A stretch of 39,265 nt of DNA from Candidatus Taylorbacteria bacterium RIFCSPHIGHO2_02_FULL_44_12 (GCA_001822575.1 MHRM01000001.1:24755-64019), one strand, 5' to 3'; shown: positions 15,298 to 25,222, counted from the first letter of the stretch. A program made the numbers and translations. Notes: generated by a model from the sequence alone, not told the origin.

Positions 15298-16650
15298 ATG
15301 AGTGATTATACAAAAATGTGGCAGACGGCCCTGGTGAAGATAGAATCTGACATATCACAAGCCAACTTTTCAACATGGTTCAAAGAAACCAGCATCGTTC
15401 GTGAAGAGGAGGGAGTCGTGTACTTGGGAGTGCCAAACTCTTTTACCCAGGAATGGCTTTACAAAAAATTCCACAACTCCATTTTGCGCGTTCTGCGGGC
15501 CTTGAATGAGGGAGTCCGTTCCCTTGAATATGTCATTATCACCAAAGACGGCAGTATCAAGGGGCTGGGACACGCCAAAAGAAAGGAAGTGGACCTACCG
15601 ACTATGTCTATGCCTCTCCATGATTTCTACATCAACAAAGAAGACAACCTCAATCCTCGCTACACTTTTGAAAATTTCGTCATCGGCCCATTCAACGAGC
15701 TTGCTCATGCCGCCTCACAAACCGTCATTCAGAAACCAGGCCAAACATACAATCCCTTGTTCGTATACGGTGGAACCGGTCGGGGCAAAACACATCTGAT
15801 CCAGGCTATTGGGAATAAAATAAAAAAAGATTTCGCCGACAAAAAAGTCTTTTATCTGACCTCGGAACGCTTCGGTTCCGAATATCTGGTCTCACTCCAA
15901 GAAAACAAAGCCCAACTATTCAAGGAAAAATATCGCCGTTTTGATGTCGTTATCATGGACGATGTTCAGTTTTTCTCAAAAAAAGAGAAATTCCAAGAAG
16001 AATTGTTTCATTTCTTCAATACATTCAAGGATACGGGCCGTCAGCTGGTATTTTCTTCAGACATGCACCCCAATATCATTCCAGAGCTAGAAGACCGTCT
16101 ACGAAGCCGTTTCAACACTGGTATGGTCGTTGATATACCAGAACCAGACCATGAATCGCGGATAGCCATCGTTAGGACAAAATGCTCCACCCACAACATC
16201 ACCTTGCCGAAAGATATTATAGAATTCTTGGCTGATGCCATAAAAGACAATATCCGCGAAATAGAAGGTGTGGTAAACATAGTTGCTTGTCAGACACAAC
16301 TCAAAAAAAGAGAGTTGAATATAAATGAAATCAAACAGATTCTCAAAAATTGCACCAAACCAAAAAAGGTCGTTTCAATCAAAGATGTGGTCAAAACCAT
16401 ATCGGAATATTATGGAGTTGATGAAGACAGTATATACAACAAAACCAGACGCAAGGAGGTTGTCAGACCTAGACAAGTGATCATGTATATCCTTCGTGAG
16501 GACTTCAATATATCCTTTCCAGCTATTGGCGAAAAAATAGGAGGGAGAGACCACACCACGGTTATTCATTCATACGAAAAAATCCGAGGAGAGGTCAAAA
16601 ATGATCTTTTGTTGTCGCAGGAGATCAGTCAACTTCGTTCTATGTTATAA
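15298..16650 (+). CDS. dnaA: chromosomal replication initiator DnaA
   Basis: Walker A is GGTGRGKTHL. Also VIMDDVQFF, and the C-terminal DNA-binding helix IGGRDHTTVIHSYEKI. Confidence 0.95.
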   Translation: MSDYTKMWQTALVKIESDISQANFSTWFKETSIVREEEGVVYLGVPNSFTQEWLYKKFHNSILRVLRALNEGVRSLEYVIITKDGSIKGLGHAKRKEVDLPTMSMPLHDFYINKEDNLNPRYTFENFVIGPFNELAHAASQTVIQKPGQTYNPLFVYGGTGRGKTHLIQAIGNKIKKDFADKKVFYLTSERFGSEYLVSLQENKAQLFKEKYRRFDVVIMDDVQFFSKKEKFQEELFHFFNTFKDTGRQLVFSSDMHPNIIPELEDRLRSRFNTGMVVDIPEPDHESRIAIVRTKCSTHNITLPKDIIEFLADAIKDNIREIEGVVNIVACQTQLKKRELNINEIKQILKNCTKPKKVVSIKDVVKTISEYYGVDEDSIYNKTRRKEVVRPRQVIMYILREDFNISFPAIGEKIGGRDHTTVIHSYEKIRGEVKNDLLLSQEISQLRSML

Positions 16651-16876
16651 ATATAGATAATGATGTGTATAAGTATGGAATTGTTGGTGGATAAAATCGT
16701 TTATTTTTAATCTAAGAAAAACTTCTTCATCCATTATGGTTGTTGGTTATATGTTTATCCGAAAATAAAAAGTCATAAAACACTTTATATATAAAGTAAA
16801 AATAGCTTTTCAACATATCCACAGTCCTAATAATAATAAGTGAAAAATTAAAAAATAATTACTACTATAAAATACC
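16651..16876. promoter_or_regulatory. putative oriC (dnaA-dnaN spacer with DnaA-box-like sites and an AT-rich tract)
   Basis: Three 8/9 matches (16664-16672 tgtgtataa, 16686-16694 ggtggataa, 16815-16823 atatccaca) and one 7/9 match (16755-16763 ttatccgaa) to TTATCCACA. Very AT-rich run at 16824-16870. Two more boxes lie upstream of dnaA (15199-15207 atatccaca, 15210-15218 ttatcaaca). Confidence 0.6.
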
Positions 16877-17983
16877 ATGAAACTAGAGATAAGTTCACAA
16901 AAACTGAAAGAAATTATACATCTTGTTGAGAGGCTTGCCGGAAAACAAACCACTCTCCCCGTTCTTTCTTGCATATTGATAAATGTTAAGAATGGCAATG
17001 TTGTTTTGAAAACAACCAACCTGGATATAGGTATTGAAATATCATTACCGGTAAAATCAGAAAAAGATGGGGTTATAGCCGTGCCAGCGAGGACATTTTC
17101 ATCTTTTATTTCACAAATTCCAGAACAAAATCAAATAATTTACATGGAAGAGATTTCTGGGAATTTGAAGATATCATCATCTCATTCAAAAGGAGTCATA
17201 AAAACCGTTCCCAATGAAGATTTCCCGACTATTCCAAGAGTTTTGGATGGCCAAAATTGTGTTGTTCAGAGCAAGTTATTCTCCAAAGGGTTATCCAGTG
17301 TTTCTTATAGCGCCTCTATTTCTGGGGTCAAACCAGAACTTTCCAGTGTTTATGTTTACAAAAACAACGAAGATTTGGTATTTGTTGCCACAGATTCATT
17401 TCGTTTGGCAGAAAAAATCATCAAAATAAATACCCCAACATCATTTGGAGATATGATGATACCGTTGAATAATGTCTTGAATATAACCAAGATTTTGGAA
17501 TCAATGAGTGAGAAAGTTTCAGTAACATCCAACAAAAATCTCATTTCTTTTGAGTCTGGGGGAATATATCTTGTGTCCAGGCTAATTGACGGGGTTTTCC
17601 CGGATTATCGCCAAATCGTACCCAAAGAATTCATAACAGAAGCAGTTGTTCTAAAACAAGATTTGATAAATGCTCTAAAAGTCGCCAATATATTTTCCGA
17701 CAAATTCAATCAAGTGCGATTTATCATCAAACCAACAGCCAAAACATTTGAAATATTCACAAAAAACAGTGATGTGGGGGAAAATCAAACATCATTACCG
17801 GCTTCTTTGTCCGGCGAACCAGCCGAAATAAATTTTAACCATAAATATATGACTGACTGTTTCCAGTCTGTTGAATCTGACAGTGTCTCTTTGCGCGTTT
17901 CTGGAAACAATCGCCCAATGATCATTAGACCGGTTTCCGGGGATCAGACTTTCATGTACCTAGTTATGCCTATGAATCGTTGA
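16877..17983 (+). CDS. dnaN: DNA polymerase III beta sliding clamp
   Basis: 368 aa immediately after dnaA. Typical three-domain clamp sequence ending in MYLVMPMNR. Confidence 0.95.
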   Translation: MKLEISSQKLKEIIHLVERLAGKQTTLPVLSCILINVKNGNVVLKTTNLDIGIEISLPVKSEKDGVIAVPARTFSSFISQIPEQNQIIYMEEISGNLKISSSHSKGVIKTVPNEDFPTIPRVLDGQNCVVQSKLFSKGLSSVSYSASISGVKPELSSVYVYKNNEDLVFVATDSFRLAEKIIKINTPTSFGDMMIPLNNVLNITKILESMSEKVSVTSNKNLISFESGGIYLVSRLIDGVFPDYRQIVPKEFITEAVVLKQDLINALKVANIFSDKFNQVRFIIKPTAKTFEIFTKNSDVGENQTSLPASLSGEPAEINFNHKYMTDCFQSVESDSVSLRVSGNNRPMIIRPVSGDQTFMYLVMPMNR

Positions 17984-18282
17984 TGGTGGGGCTTGTACGA
18001 TCCACAGACACATTTGAATATATGATAGGTATAGGACAATTTTTAAAAAAAATAATAAACACTCGATCTGGTGAATGGTTGATCCGTTCAAAGGTTAGGA
18101 AAGCAATAAACAAAGAGATTTTTTTGGATATACCGGAAAAAGATATTTATTTTTCACATTCAACGATTGTTTTGAAAAATGTTCCCCAAGCGGCCAGATC
18201 TGAATTGTTTATCAAAAAATCCAACCTTTTGAGGGACATAAATGCTTCGCAAAAAGTTAAGATTTTTACAGATTTTCGCTAA
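17980..18282 (+). CDS. small hypothetical protein, possibly DUF721/DciA-like
   Basis: 100 aa, overlapping the dnaN stop by 4 nt. Position after dnaN and the pattern HSTIVLKNVPQAARSELFIKKSNLLRDIN loosely resemble DUF721 proteins. Weak call. Confidence 0.35.
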   Translation: MMVGLVRSTDTFEYMIGIGQFLKKIINTRSGEWLIRSKVRKAINKEIFLDIPEKDIYFSHSTIVLKNVPQAARSELFIKKSNLLRDINASQKVKIFTDFR

Positions 18283-20822
18283 GGGGAGACTTTGAAATTA
18301 ATACTAGCTTGGCCCTTATTCCAAACACTATCATATACAACAACCGACAAGGTATTTGAATCTGATGATAATTCGGCCACATCTCCTGGTATAAATGAAA
18401 TATTGAGGGGATCTTTTTCAGAAGTTAGTATATATTTGCCATTGATGTAAAGCTCTGTTTTTTGGGGAGTATATGGCCCGACAATTTTGAGCTGGACAGT
18501 TGTGACTCTTTGGGTAGACAGGACAGCATTTGCTTCGGGAAATATTATACTGATTTGGGGAGATTTTTCCGGAGTATGAATATCATCAAATTCAGTTGGT
18601 AAAACAATATTGTTATTTTCCTTGAATTCTGGGTGAGAAGGCTGCCAGGTTTCGCTAAACCATTTACGAACGCCGTATTCCCAGGATTCGTATTGAGGAT
18701 CTTGTTTTGGATCGGTTGTTGTTGGGCCTCTTGGCTCGTCTTTGTTGAGCCAATGAAGAATATCATGAACATCATTCAGGACTATTTCTTCCTGGGTTTC
18801 TGGGGGCGTGTACTCGGTTGCCAATTTGCCGGAGATTTTGTCTTTTTTGTAAGAAATTCCGCCGTACCAGATGCCACGCAAAACAGGCTTATTGTCGGTT
18901 AGAGGTGGCGGGGAGGCTCTAAAACTTTCCACAGGGGTGTCTTTGACAGCTTGGGACATGAATGCTCCCCATACTGGGGCAATTACCAACCCAGCTATAT
19001 CATGCTGAAGCGGTTCATTGTCATTGTTACCGGCCCAGGCTCCCACAGCCAGGCCCGGAGTATAACCAATAGCCCAAACATCACGGAAATCATCCGTAGT
19101 ACCGGTTTTCATGGCCACTGGTCTGCCTACAGTCTCAATGATTGAGCGATAACCCGGTAGTTGAGCTTTTGGGTCGGACAATATGTCAGATATTTGGCGG
19201 GCAATCTCTGGGGCCAATACGCGATATGGGTGAATTGATGATTCTTCCAGAACTATCCCCTCGGCATTTTCAACCTTGAGAACAGAACGATATGGATTGC
19301 GCACGCCATCATTGGCGAATACACCGTAGGCACTGGTCATTTCTAGCAGAGAAACTTCACCGCCACCCAAAACAAGCGACAATCCATATCTGGAGGGAGT
19401 GGTTAAGGAAGTGATTCCGAGATCCTCGGCCGTTTGGATAGAACCGTTCAGACCAGCCATATAGAGGGCTTTGACGGCTGGAATGTTGCGCGACCTAGCT
19501 AGGGCTTGGCGTATGGTCAGAGGACCCTGAAATTTTTTGTCATAATCCAGAGGAAAATAGCAAACTTTTTCCGGATCGTCTGATGGATTTTTTGGTTTGC
19601 CTTCTTTGTCGCATTGGAGGGAAAACTCGGTGGGAGTGTCAAAAAGGATTGTTTCCGGCGTATAGCCTTTTTTGAACAAGGTGGCGTAGACAAAAGGCTT
19701 GAATGTTGATCCAGGCTGGCGTTTGGCAATGGCAATGTTGTAATTGCCGTCTATGGACGAGTCAAAATAGTCTTTGGAACCAACCATGGCCAAAATATCT
19801 CCAGTTTTTGGATCTATAGCGACCATGGCGGTATTGCTGGCATTGAAATTGCTTTGGAGTGTCGGGGCGAATTTTGAAATAATTTCTTCAGCCTTTTCTT
19901 GGAGATCAAAATCCAGGCTGGTAATGACACGCAAACCACCACTCAATACCACTTGCTCGCCATATTTTTGGGCCAGATAATCTCGGACAAACATCACGAA
20001 ATGAGGAGCTCTTATGCCGGAAAGATTCTTGGCTAGAAATTGAACATGTTCATCCGCGGCCGAGTCGTACTGGACATCTGAAATCAGCCCTAAGCTTTTC
20101 ATTCGTTGAAGTACTAATTTTTGTCTTCCATCCAGATCTTCGCGGTGAGTGCCATAAGGAGAATAATATGTTGGAGCTTGTGGAATGGCCGCCAGATAGG
20201 CGGCTTGGGCCAGAGTGACTTCTTTGGCCGACCGGCCAAAAAAAGTCTGGCTTGCTTCTTCTACGCCGTATATAGTTCCCCCATAAGATGTCTCATTGAG
20301 ATATGCTTCCAATATCTTGTCCTTGCTCATGCTTTTTGTCAGTTTGATCGCCAGGACCCACTCTTTGATCTTGCGAGTCAGAGTTTTATCCTTAGTTAGA
20401 AGGCTGTTCTTTACCACTTGCTGGGTGATGGTGGAAGCTCCTTGGCTGAACCCGCCCGAAGCGATATCAAAAAACACAGCCCTTATGATGGACAAAGGTT
20501 CAATGCCTATATTGGTGTAAAAATTGTTATCCTCTATGGCTATGGTTGCTTGACTTATAAGAGGTGATATTTCCGAAAGTGGAATATCGGTCCGTTTGGA
20601 GTTTATGCCTGTATCATACAAAAGAACAGTGCCGGTTCGGTCATATATTTTTGTTGACCTGGATATATGTCTAGCTTCCAGAGAATCCAAATCAGGCATC
20701 TTCAGATTGCCAACCCACAAAGCCCCGAGTCCCACCAAGACAAAAATCCCAGAAAATCCCAGGAATGAATATATTTTTAGATGCCGTAATAACTTTTTAT
20801 TTCTACGCCTTTTGCCAGTCAT
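18279..20822 (-). CDS. class A penicillin-binding protein (glycosyltransferase + transpeptidase) with C-terminal extension
   Basis: GT51 motifs EDNNFY, GASTITQQ, RKIKE. Transpeptidase motifs STFKP, SRN, KTGTT. Start at Met45 of the ORF (20822) is preferred because TATAAT lies 7 nt upstream and the upstream gene ends at 20839. Confidence 0.9.
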   Translation of the reverse strand: MTGKRRRNKKLLRHLKIYSFLGFSGIFVLVGLGALWVGNLKMPDLDSLEARHISRSTKIYDRTGTVLLYDTGINSKRTDIPLSEISPLISQATIAIEDNNFYTNIGIEPLSIIRAVFFDIASGGFSQGASTITQQVVKNSLLTKDKTLTRKIKEWVLAIKLTKSMSKDKILEAYLNETSYGGTIYGVEEASQTFFGRSAKEVTLAQAAYLAAIPQAPTYYSPYGTHREDLDGRQKLVLQRMKSLGLISDVQYDSAADEHVQFLAKNLSGIRAPHFVMFVRDYLAQKYGEQVVLSGGLRVITSLDFDLQEKAEEIISKFAPTLQSNFNASNTAMVAIDPKTGDILAMVGSKDYFDSSIDGNYNIAIAKRQPGSTFKPFVYATLFKKGYTPETILFDTPTEFSLQCDKEGKPKNPSDDPEKVCYFPLDYDKKFQGPLTIRQALARSRNIPAVKALYMAGLNGSIQTAEDLGITSLTTPSRYGLSLVLGGGEVSLLEMTSAYGVFANDGVRNPYRSVLKVENAEGIVLEESSIHPYRVLAPEIARQISDILSDPKAQLPGYRSIIETVGRPVAMKTGTTDDFRDVWAIGYTPGLAVGAWAGNNDNEPLQHDIAGLVIAPVWGAFMSQAVKDTPVESFRASPPPLTDNKPVLRGIWYGGISYKKDKISGKLATEYTPPETQEEIVLNDVHDILHWLNKDEPRGPTTTDPKQDPQYESWEYGVRKWFSETWQPSHPEFKENNNIVLPTEFDDIHTPEKSPQISIIFPEANAVLSTQRVTTVQLKIVGPYTPQKTELYINGKYILTSEKDPLNISFIPGDVAELSSDSNTLSVVVYDSVWNKGQASINFKVSP

Positions 20823-20829
20823 GAGGGAG

Positions 20830-20835
20830 ATTATA
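20830..20835 (-). promoter_or_regulatory. -10-like TATAAT 7 nt upstream of the PBP start at 20822 (leaderless-type arrangement)
   Basis: The minus strand reads ggctataat ctccctc ATG. Confidence 0.4.
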
Positions 20836-20838
20836 GCC

Positions 20839-21048
20839 TTATTGCTCCCATTTGTCCCCGAAAGGATTGAGTTCTTCTTCATCCAAAGAAATTTCCTCGG
20901 AAGACAATTCATCGCTCTCTTCCTCAAGTTCTGTCTCCGGATCCAATTTGCCAAGCGGCAAAGGATCCAGGTCTTTTGTGATATCCTCGGAGCGGTCTAT
21001 TTCTACTTCTTGAATGGGACGGCTTTTTGTTCTCGTCATCTGAATCAA
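20839..21048 (-). CDS. small highly acidic hypothetical protein
   Basis: 69-aa ORF with an E/D-rich tail (ELEEESDELSSEEISLDEEELNPFGDKWEQ). It fills the ruvC-PBP gap exactly. Coding status is not certain. Confidence 0.4.
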   Translation of the reverse strand: MIQMTRTKSRPIQEVEIDRSEDITKDLDPLPLGKLDPETELEEESDELSSEEISLDEEELNPFGDKWEQ

Positions 21049-21093
21049 TTAAAATTGATAATTTTTTGTTGAATATGTTTTAGCAAACACGGA

Positions 21094-21642
21094 CTATTTT
21101 TGCAATGATGACCAATTGTGGATAGCGTTATGAGTGAGGGCCACGGCAATAGCGTCATATTCATCGTCCAATCTTTTTTTATTGGTTATTGCTGATGATA
21201 TTTTGGGCATAGAGACGAGTAGATGTATCATCTTTATCATATGATCTTTGTCGCTGTGACCATTGCCGGTGATGGCGGCCTTGACCTGCATGGGACTGTA
21301 TTCAAATATGGGTATATGTCTTTTGGTCATTTCGTATATTATGACTCCTCTAGCTTCGGAGACGCGCATGGCTGTCTTTTGATTTTTGGCTATGAATAAA
21401 GTCTCCATTGTCGCTATGTCTGGACGAAAAATCTCTATCAACCTGCTTATTTCCAGGCCTATCTGATGCAGTCTTTCGTATATACTATCTCTGGATGAAG
21501 TTCGGAAACATCCCGAATAGAGGATATTTTCATGTCCCTTAGAGAATTTTTCAATAACAGCGATTCCCAGACGGTCATAACCTGGGTCAATGCCTATTAT
21601 TTTCTGGCTAGAATTTCCATTTTTGGCTTTTCTTGGCTTCAT
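21094..21642 (-). CDS. ruvC: Holliday junction resolvase RuvC
   Basis: IIGIDPGYDRLGIAVIE, METLFIAKNQKTAMRVSEARGV and ITGNGHSDKDHM. Confidence 0.9.
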   Translation of the reverse strand: MKPRKAKNGNSSQKIIGIDPGYDRLGIAVIEKFSKGHENILYSGCFRTSSRDSIYERLHQIGLEISRLIEIFRPDIATMETLFIAKNQKTAMRVSEARGVIIYEMTKRHIPIFEYSPMQVKAAITGNGHSDKDHMIKMIHLLVSMPKISSAITNKKRLDDEYDAIAVALTHNAIHNWSSLQK

Positions 21643-21664
21643 TTGGTGGTTCTATGAAGAGGCT

Positions 21665-22675
21665 TTAAAGCAATTTTGCGCTGCCTTTTTGGCCCATATG
21701 GACAAAAGCTTTGTCTGTGGCGATCCGGCCCCGTGGAGTCCTCTCCAATAGTCCCAAACGGATCAGATATGGTTCATAGACTTCTTCTATGGTGGATTGT
21801 TCTTCGGAGAGGGCGGCCGCTATGGTATTGAGGCCGACAGGACCGCCGCCGAACTTTGTGATGATGGTTTTGAGGATATCGCGGTCGGCAGAAGTCAAGC
21901 CGACATTGTCTACACCGAGGAGAACTAGGGCTTTTTCTACAATATCGTGTGTCAAATCAGTTTTGTTGATCTGGGCATAGTCGCGACAGCGCTTTAAGTG
22001 GTAGTTGGCTGTGCGAGGAGTGAAACGCGAACGCATGGCTACTTCGGCAACTGCCGCCGGATGGATATCAATATTAAGGATCTTGGCTGATCGGCGGACG
22101 ATCTCGGCGATTTCGTCGTTAGAGTAAAATTCTAGCTTGAAGACCCCTCCGGAAAAACGCGAGCGCAGGGGAGCGGATATCATAGCGATCCTAGTGGTGG
22201 CGGCTATCAAAGTAAATGGTGGAAGATCTAGCTGAATAGTCCTGGCTGAAGGGCCTTTGCCAATAATAATGTCCAAAGTGCCAGATTCCATGGCGGGGTA
22301 GAGAACTTCCTCAATAGCTTTATTCAAGCGATGGATTTCATCTATAAAAAGGATGTCTCCAGATGAGAGGTTGGTTAGAACCGAGGCCAGATCGCCAACC
22401 TTCAATATAGCTGGCCCAGAAGTAACTTTTATTTGGGTATTAGTCTCTTTGGCGACTAGATAAGCCAAGGTTGTTTTTCCAAGCCCCGGTGGGCCATAAA
22501 AGAGGATGTGTTCGGGGGGATGTTGGCGTTCTTTGGCGGCGGTCAAGAGGATGTGAAGATTATCTTTGATGTTTTTTTGTCCGATATAATCTTCCCAACG
22601 AGAAGGACGAAGAGTCTGATCCAGAAAACCAGTCTCTTTGTCATCGGTATTGGTGTGAGGTATAGGATTTGACAT
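21665..22675 (-). CDS. ruvB: Holliday junction branch migration ATPase RuvB
   Basis: Walker A is GPPGLGKTTLA. Also ILFIDEIHRL, ATTRIAMISAPLRSRF and TPRTANYHLKRCRD. Confidence 0.95.
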   Translation of the reverse strand: MSNPIPHTNTDDKETGFLDQTLRPSRWEDYIGQKNIKDNLHILLTAAKERQHPPEHILFYGPPGLGKTTLAYLVAKETNTQIKVTSGPAILKVGDLASVLTNLSSGDILFIDEIHRLNKAIEEVLYPAMESGTLDIIIGKGPSARTIQLDLPPFTLIAATTRIAMISAPLRSRFSGGVFKLEFYSNDEIAEIVRRSAKILNIDIHPAAVAEVAMRSRFTPRTANYHLKRCRDYAQINKTDLTHDIVEKALVLLGVDNVGLTSADRDILKTIITKFGGGPVGLNTIAAALSEEQSTIEEVYEPYLIRLGLLERTPRGRIATDKAFVHMGQKGSAKLL

Positions 22676-22757
22676 TTATTTTTATTTATGATAGCATATT
22701 GCTCCGATCAAGGTTTGTTTTTCAAAATATACAAAATATAATTTTCGCTATTCTGAA

Positions 22758-22907
22758 CGCCTAAACCTCTAAGCAATGGCCTTCCCAGGTTTGGGCGTAG
22801 GCTCTGGGACATTTTGGTCATGCGCTTGCGCATGGACTGAAATTATCCTTGAGCCTCCGCCTCGCCCGAGGCATCATGCCTCGGGATATTGCTTAGAGGT
22901 TTAGGCG
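22758..22907. repeat. 150-nt element C: 20-bp perfect terminal inverted repeat enclosing GC-rich sub-hairpins
   Basis: cgcctaaacctctaagcaat (22758-22777) is the exact reverse complement of 22888-22907. Internal hairpins are cccgaggca tca tgcctcggg and catgcg cttg cgcatg. No ORF. Confidence 0.8.
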
Positions 22908-22989
22908 CTTAGCTTTTCATTGGCAACTCTATTTGTATCCTACTCTCATCAGGCTCAAAAAAGCAATTGGTATAGTTGGGGATTGTTAT

Positions 22990-23307
22990 TTATCTCGGTT
23001 TTGGTACTGAATTTTGGATAGATGTGTGAATGCGAGTCAGTTCAAGGTGATGTTTTTGCTGTTCTTGCTCGAGTTTTCTGATTTCATTGTGCAATATGGG
23101 AGCCTGGCGCTCATCTTCTCGTAATTTGGTCTTTTTTTCTTCTATTTGTCTTTGCAATTCCGCTATAGCTTTTTTCAATTCGGATATTTCTTTTTGTGTT
23201 TCCTGTTCTTTTGTATTTTTGGCTTGCAGTTCTTGAATTTCCTTATTCAATTCTTGCTCGGTCTTCTTCAATGTCTCATTAAGATTTTGTAGGTTGTTTG
23301 GGATCAT
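22990..23307 (-). CDS. coiled-coil hypothetical protein
   Basis: 105 aa, K/E/Q-rich heptad-like sequence, downstream of the PilB-like gene. Confidence 0.5.
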   Translation of the reverse strand: MIPNNLQNLNETLKKTEQELNKEIQELQAKNTKEQETQKEISELKKAIAELQRQIEEKKTKLREDERQAPILHNEIRKLEQEQQKHHLELTRIHTSIQNSVPKPR

Positions 23308-23357
23308 ATATTTATGTGAATATTATTAAGTGAGGCTTTTCTGGTATTGTAATTTAA

Positions 23358-25031
23358 TCAAACAGTAAGAGCAATTACTCTTTCTAGTTCTTCCAGCGAA
23401 GTGATACCTCGCAGGGCCTTGAGGACGCCGTCCTGCTTCATGGTCAAAAGTCCTTGACCTTTGGCGGCCAACCATATCTCGCGTTCACTAGGGTTAGTTT
23501 CTACGGCATTTTCTATTTTTTCATCAGTCATGATCCCTTCGTATATTCCGATTCTTCCTTTGTAACCAGTCATATTGCATTTCTCGCAACCGCCAGGTAC
23601 CCATATTTTTGTCCTGTCGGCTGGAATGAGATTTTTGTCTTCCACACTGCTCAAAGTTGCTTCAATATCTTTCTTGGCCTCTTCGGAAATAGCGATTTCT
23701 TTTTTGCAAAGTGGGCATAGACGGCGAACCAGGCGTTGAGCCATGGATACACGGATGGCTGAAGTGATCACTTTGGGATTGATGCCGAGATCAACCAAGC
23801 GCGGGAATGTGCCAGCGGCATTATTTGTGTGAAGGGTTGAGAACACTAGGTGTCCGGTTAGTGCCGAATCTATAGCGATGACGGCTGTTTCATTGTCGCG
23901 GATCTCGCCGATCATAATGATGTCAGGATCTTGTCTAACAGTGGCTCTAAGTCCCTCGGTGAAAGTGTATCCTTTGTCATTGACCTGGGTCTGGACGATG
24001 CCAGGTAGATGATATTCTATGGGGTCTTCTATGGTGATTATTTTGACTCCGGGATTGTGGACCTTTTTTAGAAAGGCATACAGAGTGGTAGTTTTGCCGG
24101 AACCTGTCGGACCGGTTGTCAGAACCATTCCGTCGGGCCGGGATATTTCTTTGAGCAAGATCTCCAAAAGTTTGCCACTCATGCCGAGATCTTCCAGAGG
24201 GATGTTTATAGTTTTTGGGTTTAAGAGGCGCAAGACGACAGATTCATTGTAAGCGCCTGGCAGTATGGAAGCCCGGACTTCTATGTCGCCAGTGCCGAGT
24301 CGGATGCTGAAACGACCATCCTGGGAATCTTTTTTGATGTTGAGTTTCATTCCAGAAAGAAGCTTGATCCTAGAGAGAAGCAGGGCATAGGTATCCAAAT
24401 CAAAACGGATGACATCCGTCAAAACGCCGTCCAAACGATATCGGAGGCGTATATAGGCTTCTTCTGGCTCCAGGTGGACATCGGATGCTTCTATTGCCAG
24501 AGCTCCAGCCACTATGGTTTCCAGAATTCGGGAAACACGGTAGCTCTTTTTGGCGGCTACGGTATTTTCCAAAATAGAAATGATGGTGGGAAGGCTTTTG
24601 GCTTCACGGACGATCTCGGCGATCTCCTCGCTGGATATTTCCAAGGAACCAGCCTTGCTCTCATAGGCAAAAGAAATGTCTTTGTACATCTTCCATGCCT
24701 TTTCTAGGCTTTGGGTGGAAGCTATATAGAGTTCTGGTTGGAAACCTTTGGTTTTGAGATCGGCGATAATTTCCAGGACTTTGGGATCTTCTGGATTGCG
24801 GGCGGCCAGTTTCACCTTTTTGTCACTGATGGTAAAAGCGGCAGTTTGGCTAGCGCGGGCAGTTTTTTCTTCAATAAGGCGTAGGGCATCGGTATTTATC
24901 GGCATACCAAGCAGATTGACATGTTCAACGCCATATTTGGCTGAAAGTATGTCTATAAGTTCTTCTTCCTCGTGATGCAAAAGGTCGCCGATACGCCTAT
25001 TTTGTTTGTCTTCGTCAAAATGAATAGTCAT
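23358..25031 (-). CDS. pilB: GspE/PilB-family secretion or type IV pilus assembly ATPase
   Basis: Walker A is GPTGSGKTTT. Also IMIGEIRD, STLHTN and a tetra-Cys cluster (CPLCKK ... CEKC). Start at Met20 (25031) is preferred because TATAAT lies 7 nt upstream. Confidence 0.9.
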   Translation of the reverse strand: MTIHFDEDKQNRRIGDLLHHEEEELIDILSAKYGVEHVNLLGMPINTDALRLIEEKTARASQTAAFTISDKKVKLAARNPEDPKVLEIIADLKTKGFQPELYIASTQSLEKAWKMYKDISFAYESKAGSLEISSEEIAEIVREAKSLPTIISILENTVAAKKSYRVSRILETIVAGALAIEASDVHLEPEEAYIRLRYRLDGVLTDVIRFDLDTYALLLSRIKLLSGMKLNIKKDSQDGRFSIRLGTGDIEVRASILPGAYNESVVLRLLNPKTINIPLEDLGMSGKLLEILLKEISRPDGMVLTTGPTGSGKTTTLYAFLKKVHNPGVKIITIEDPIEYHLPGIVQTQVNDKGYTFTEGLRATVRQDPDIIMIGEIRDNETAVIAIDSALTGHLVFSTLHTNNAAGTFPRLVDLGINPKVITSAIRVSMAQRLVRRLCPLCKKEIAISEEAKKDIEATLSSVEDKNLIPADRTKIWVPGGCEKCNMTGYKGRIGIYEGIMTDEKIENAVETNPSEREIWLAAKGQGLLTMKQDGVLKALRGITSLEELERVIALTV

Positions 25032-25038
25032 GGCGATA

Positions 25039-25044
25039 ATTATA
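25039..25044 (-). promoter_or_regulatory. -10-like TATAAT 7 nt upstream of the pilB-like start (leaderless-type arrangement)
   Basis: The minus strand reads gcgctataat tatcgcc ATG. Confidence 0.4.
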
Positions 25045-25222
25045 GCGCAGAAAGCGTCGCTATTAACAAAATTACTTACTATTGACATTATTTTATGAGT
25101 ATGTCATTCTCTACACGGAGAGGCTTTGCCTCATTTTTGTTTCTTGACAGATCAATGCAGGACTTACTTTCGCTAGGAGCGAAGGGTTGATATGTCTTGG
25201 AACAAACTACGGAGAGAAACAT

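Noticed and set aside
20823-20954. 44-codon N-terminal extension of the PBP ORF.
   Set aside because: It overlaps the small acidic ORF. Met45 is followed by the basic stretch and TM anchor typical of class A PBPs and has a TATAAT 7 nt upstream.
22758-22907. Element C as a known housekeeping RNA (SRP RNA, tmRNA, RNase P RNA, 6S RNA).
   Set aside because: I could not find the conserved SRP helix-8 motif (GGAAGCAGCC-like), a tRNA-like T-arm plus tag ORF, or the RNase P GAGGAAAGTCC-like core. 6S cannot be judged from sequence alone, so that remains open only as a weak possibility.
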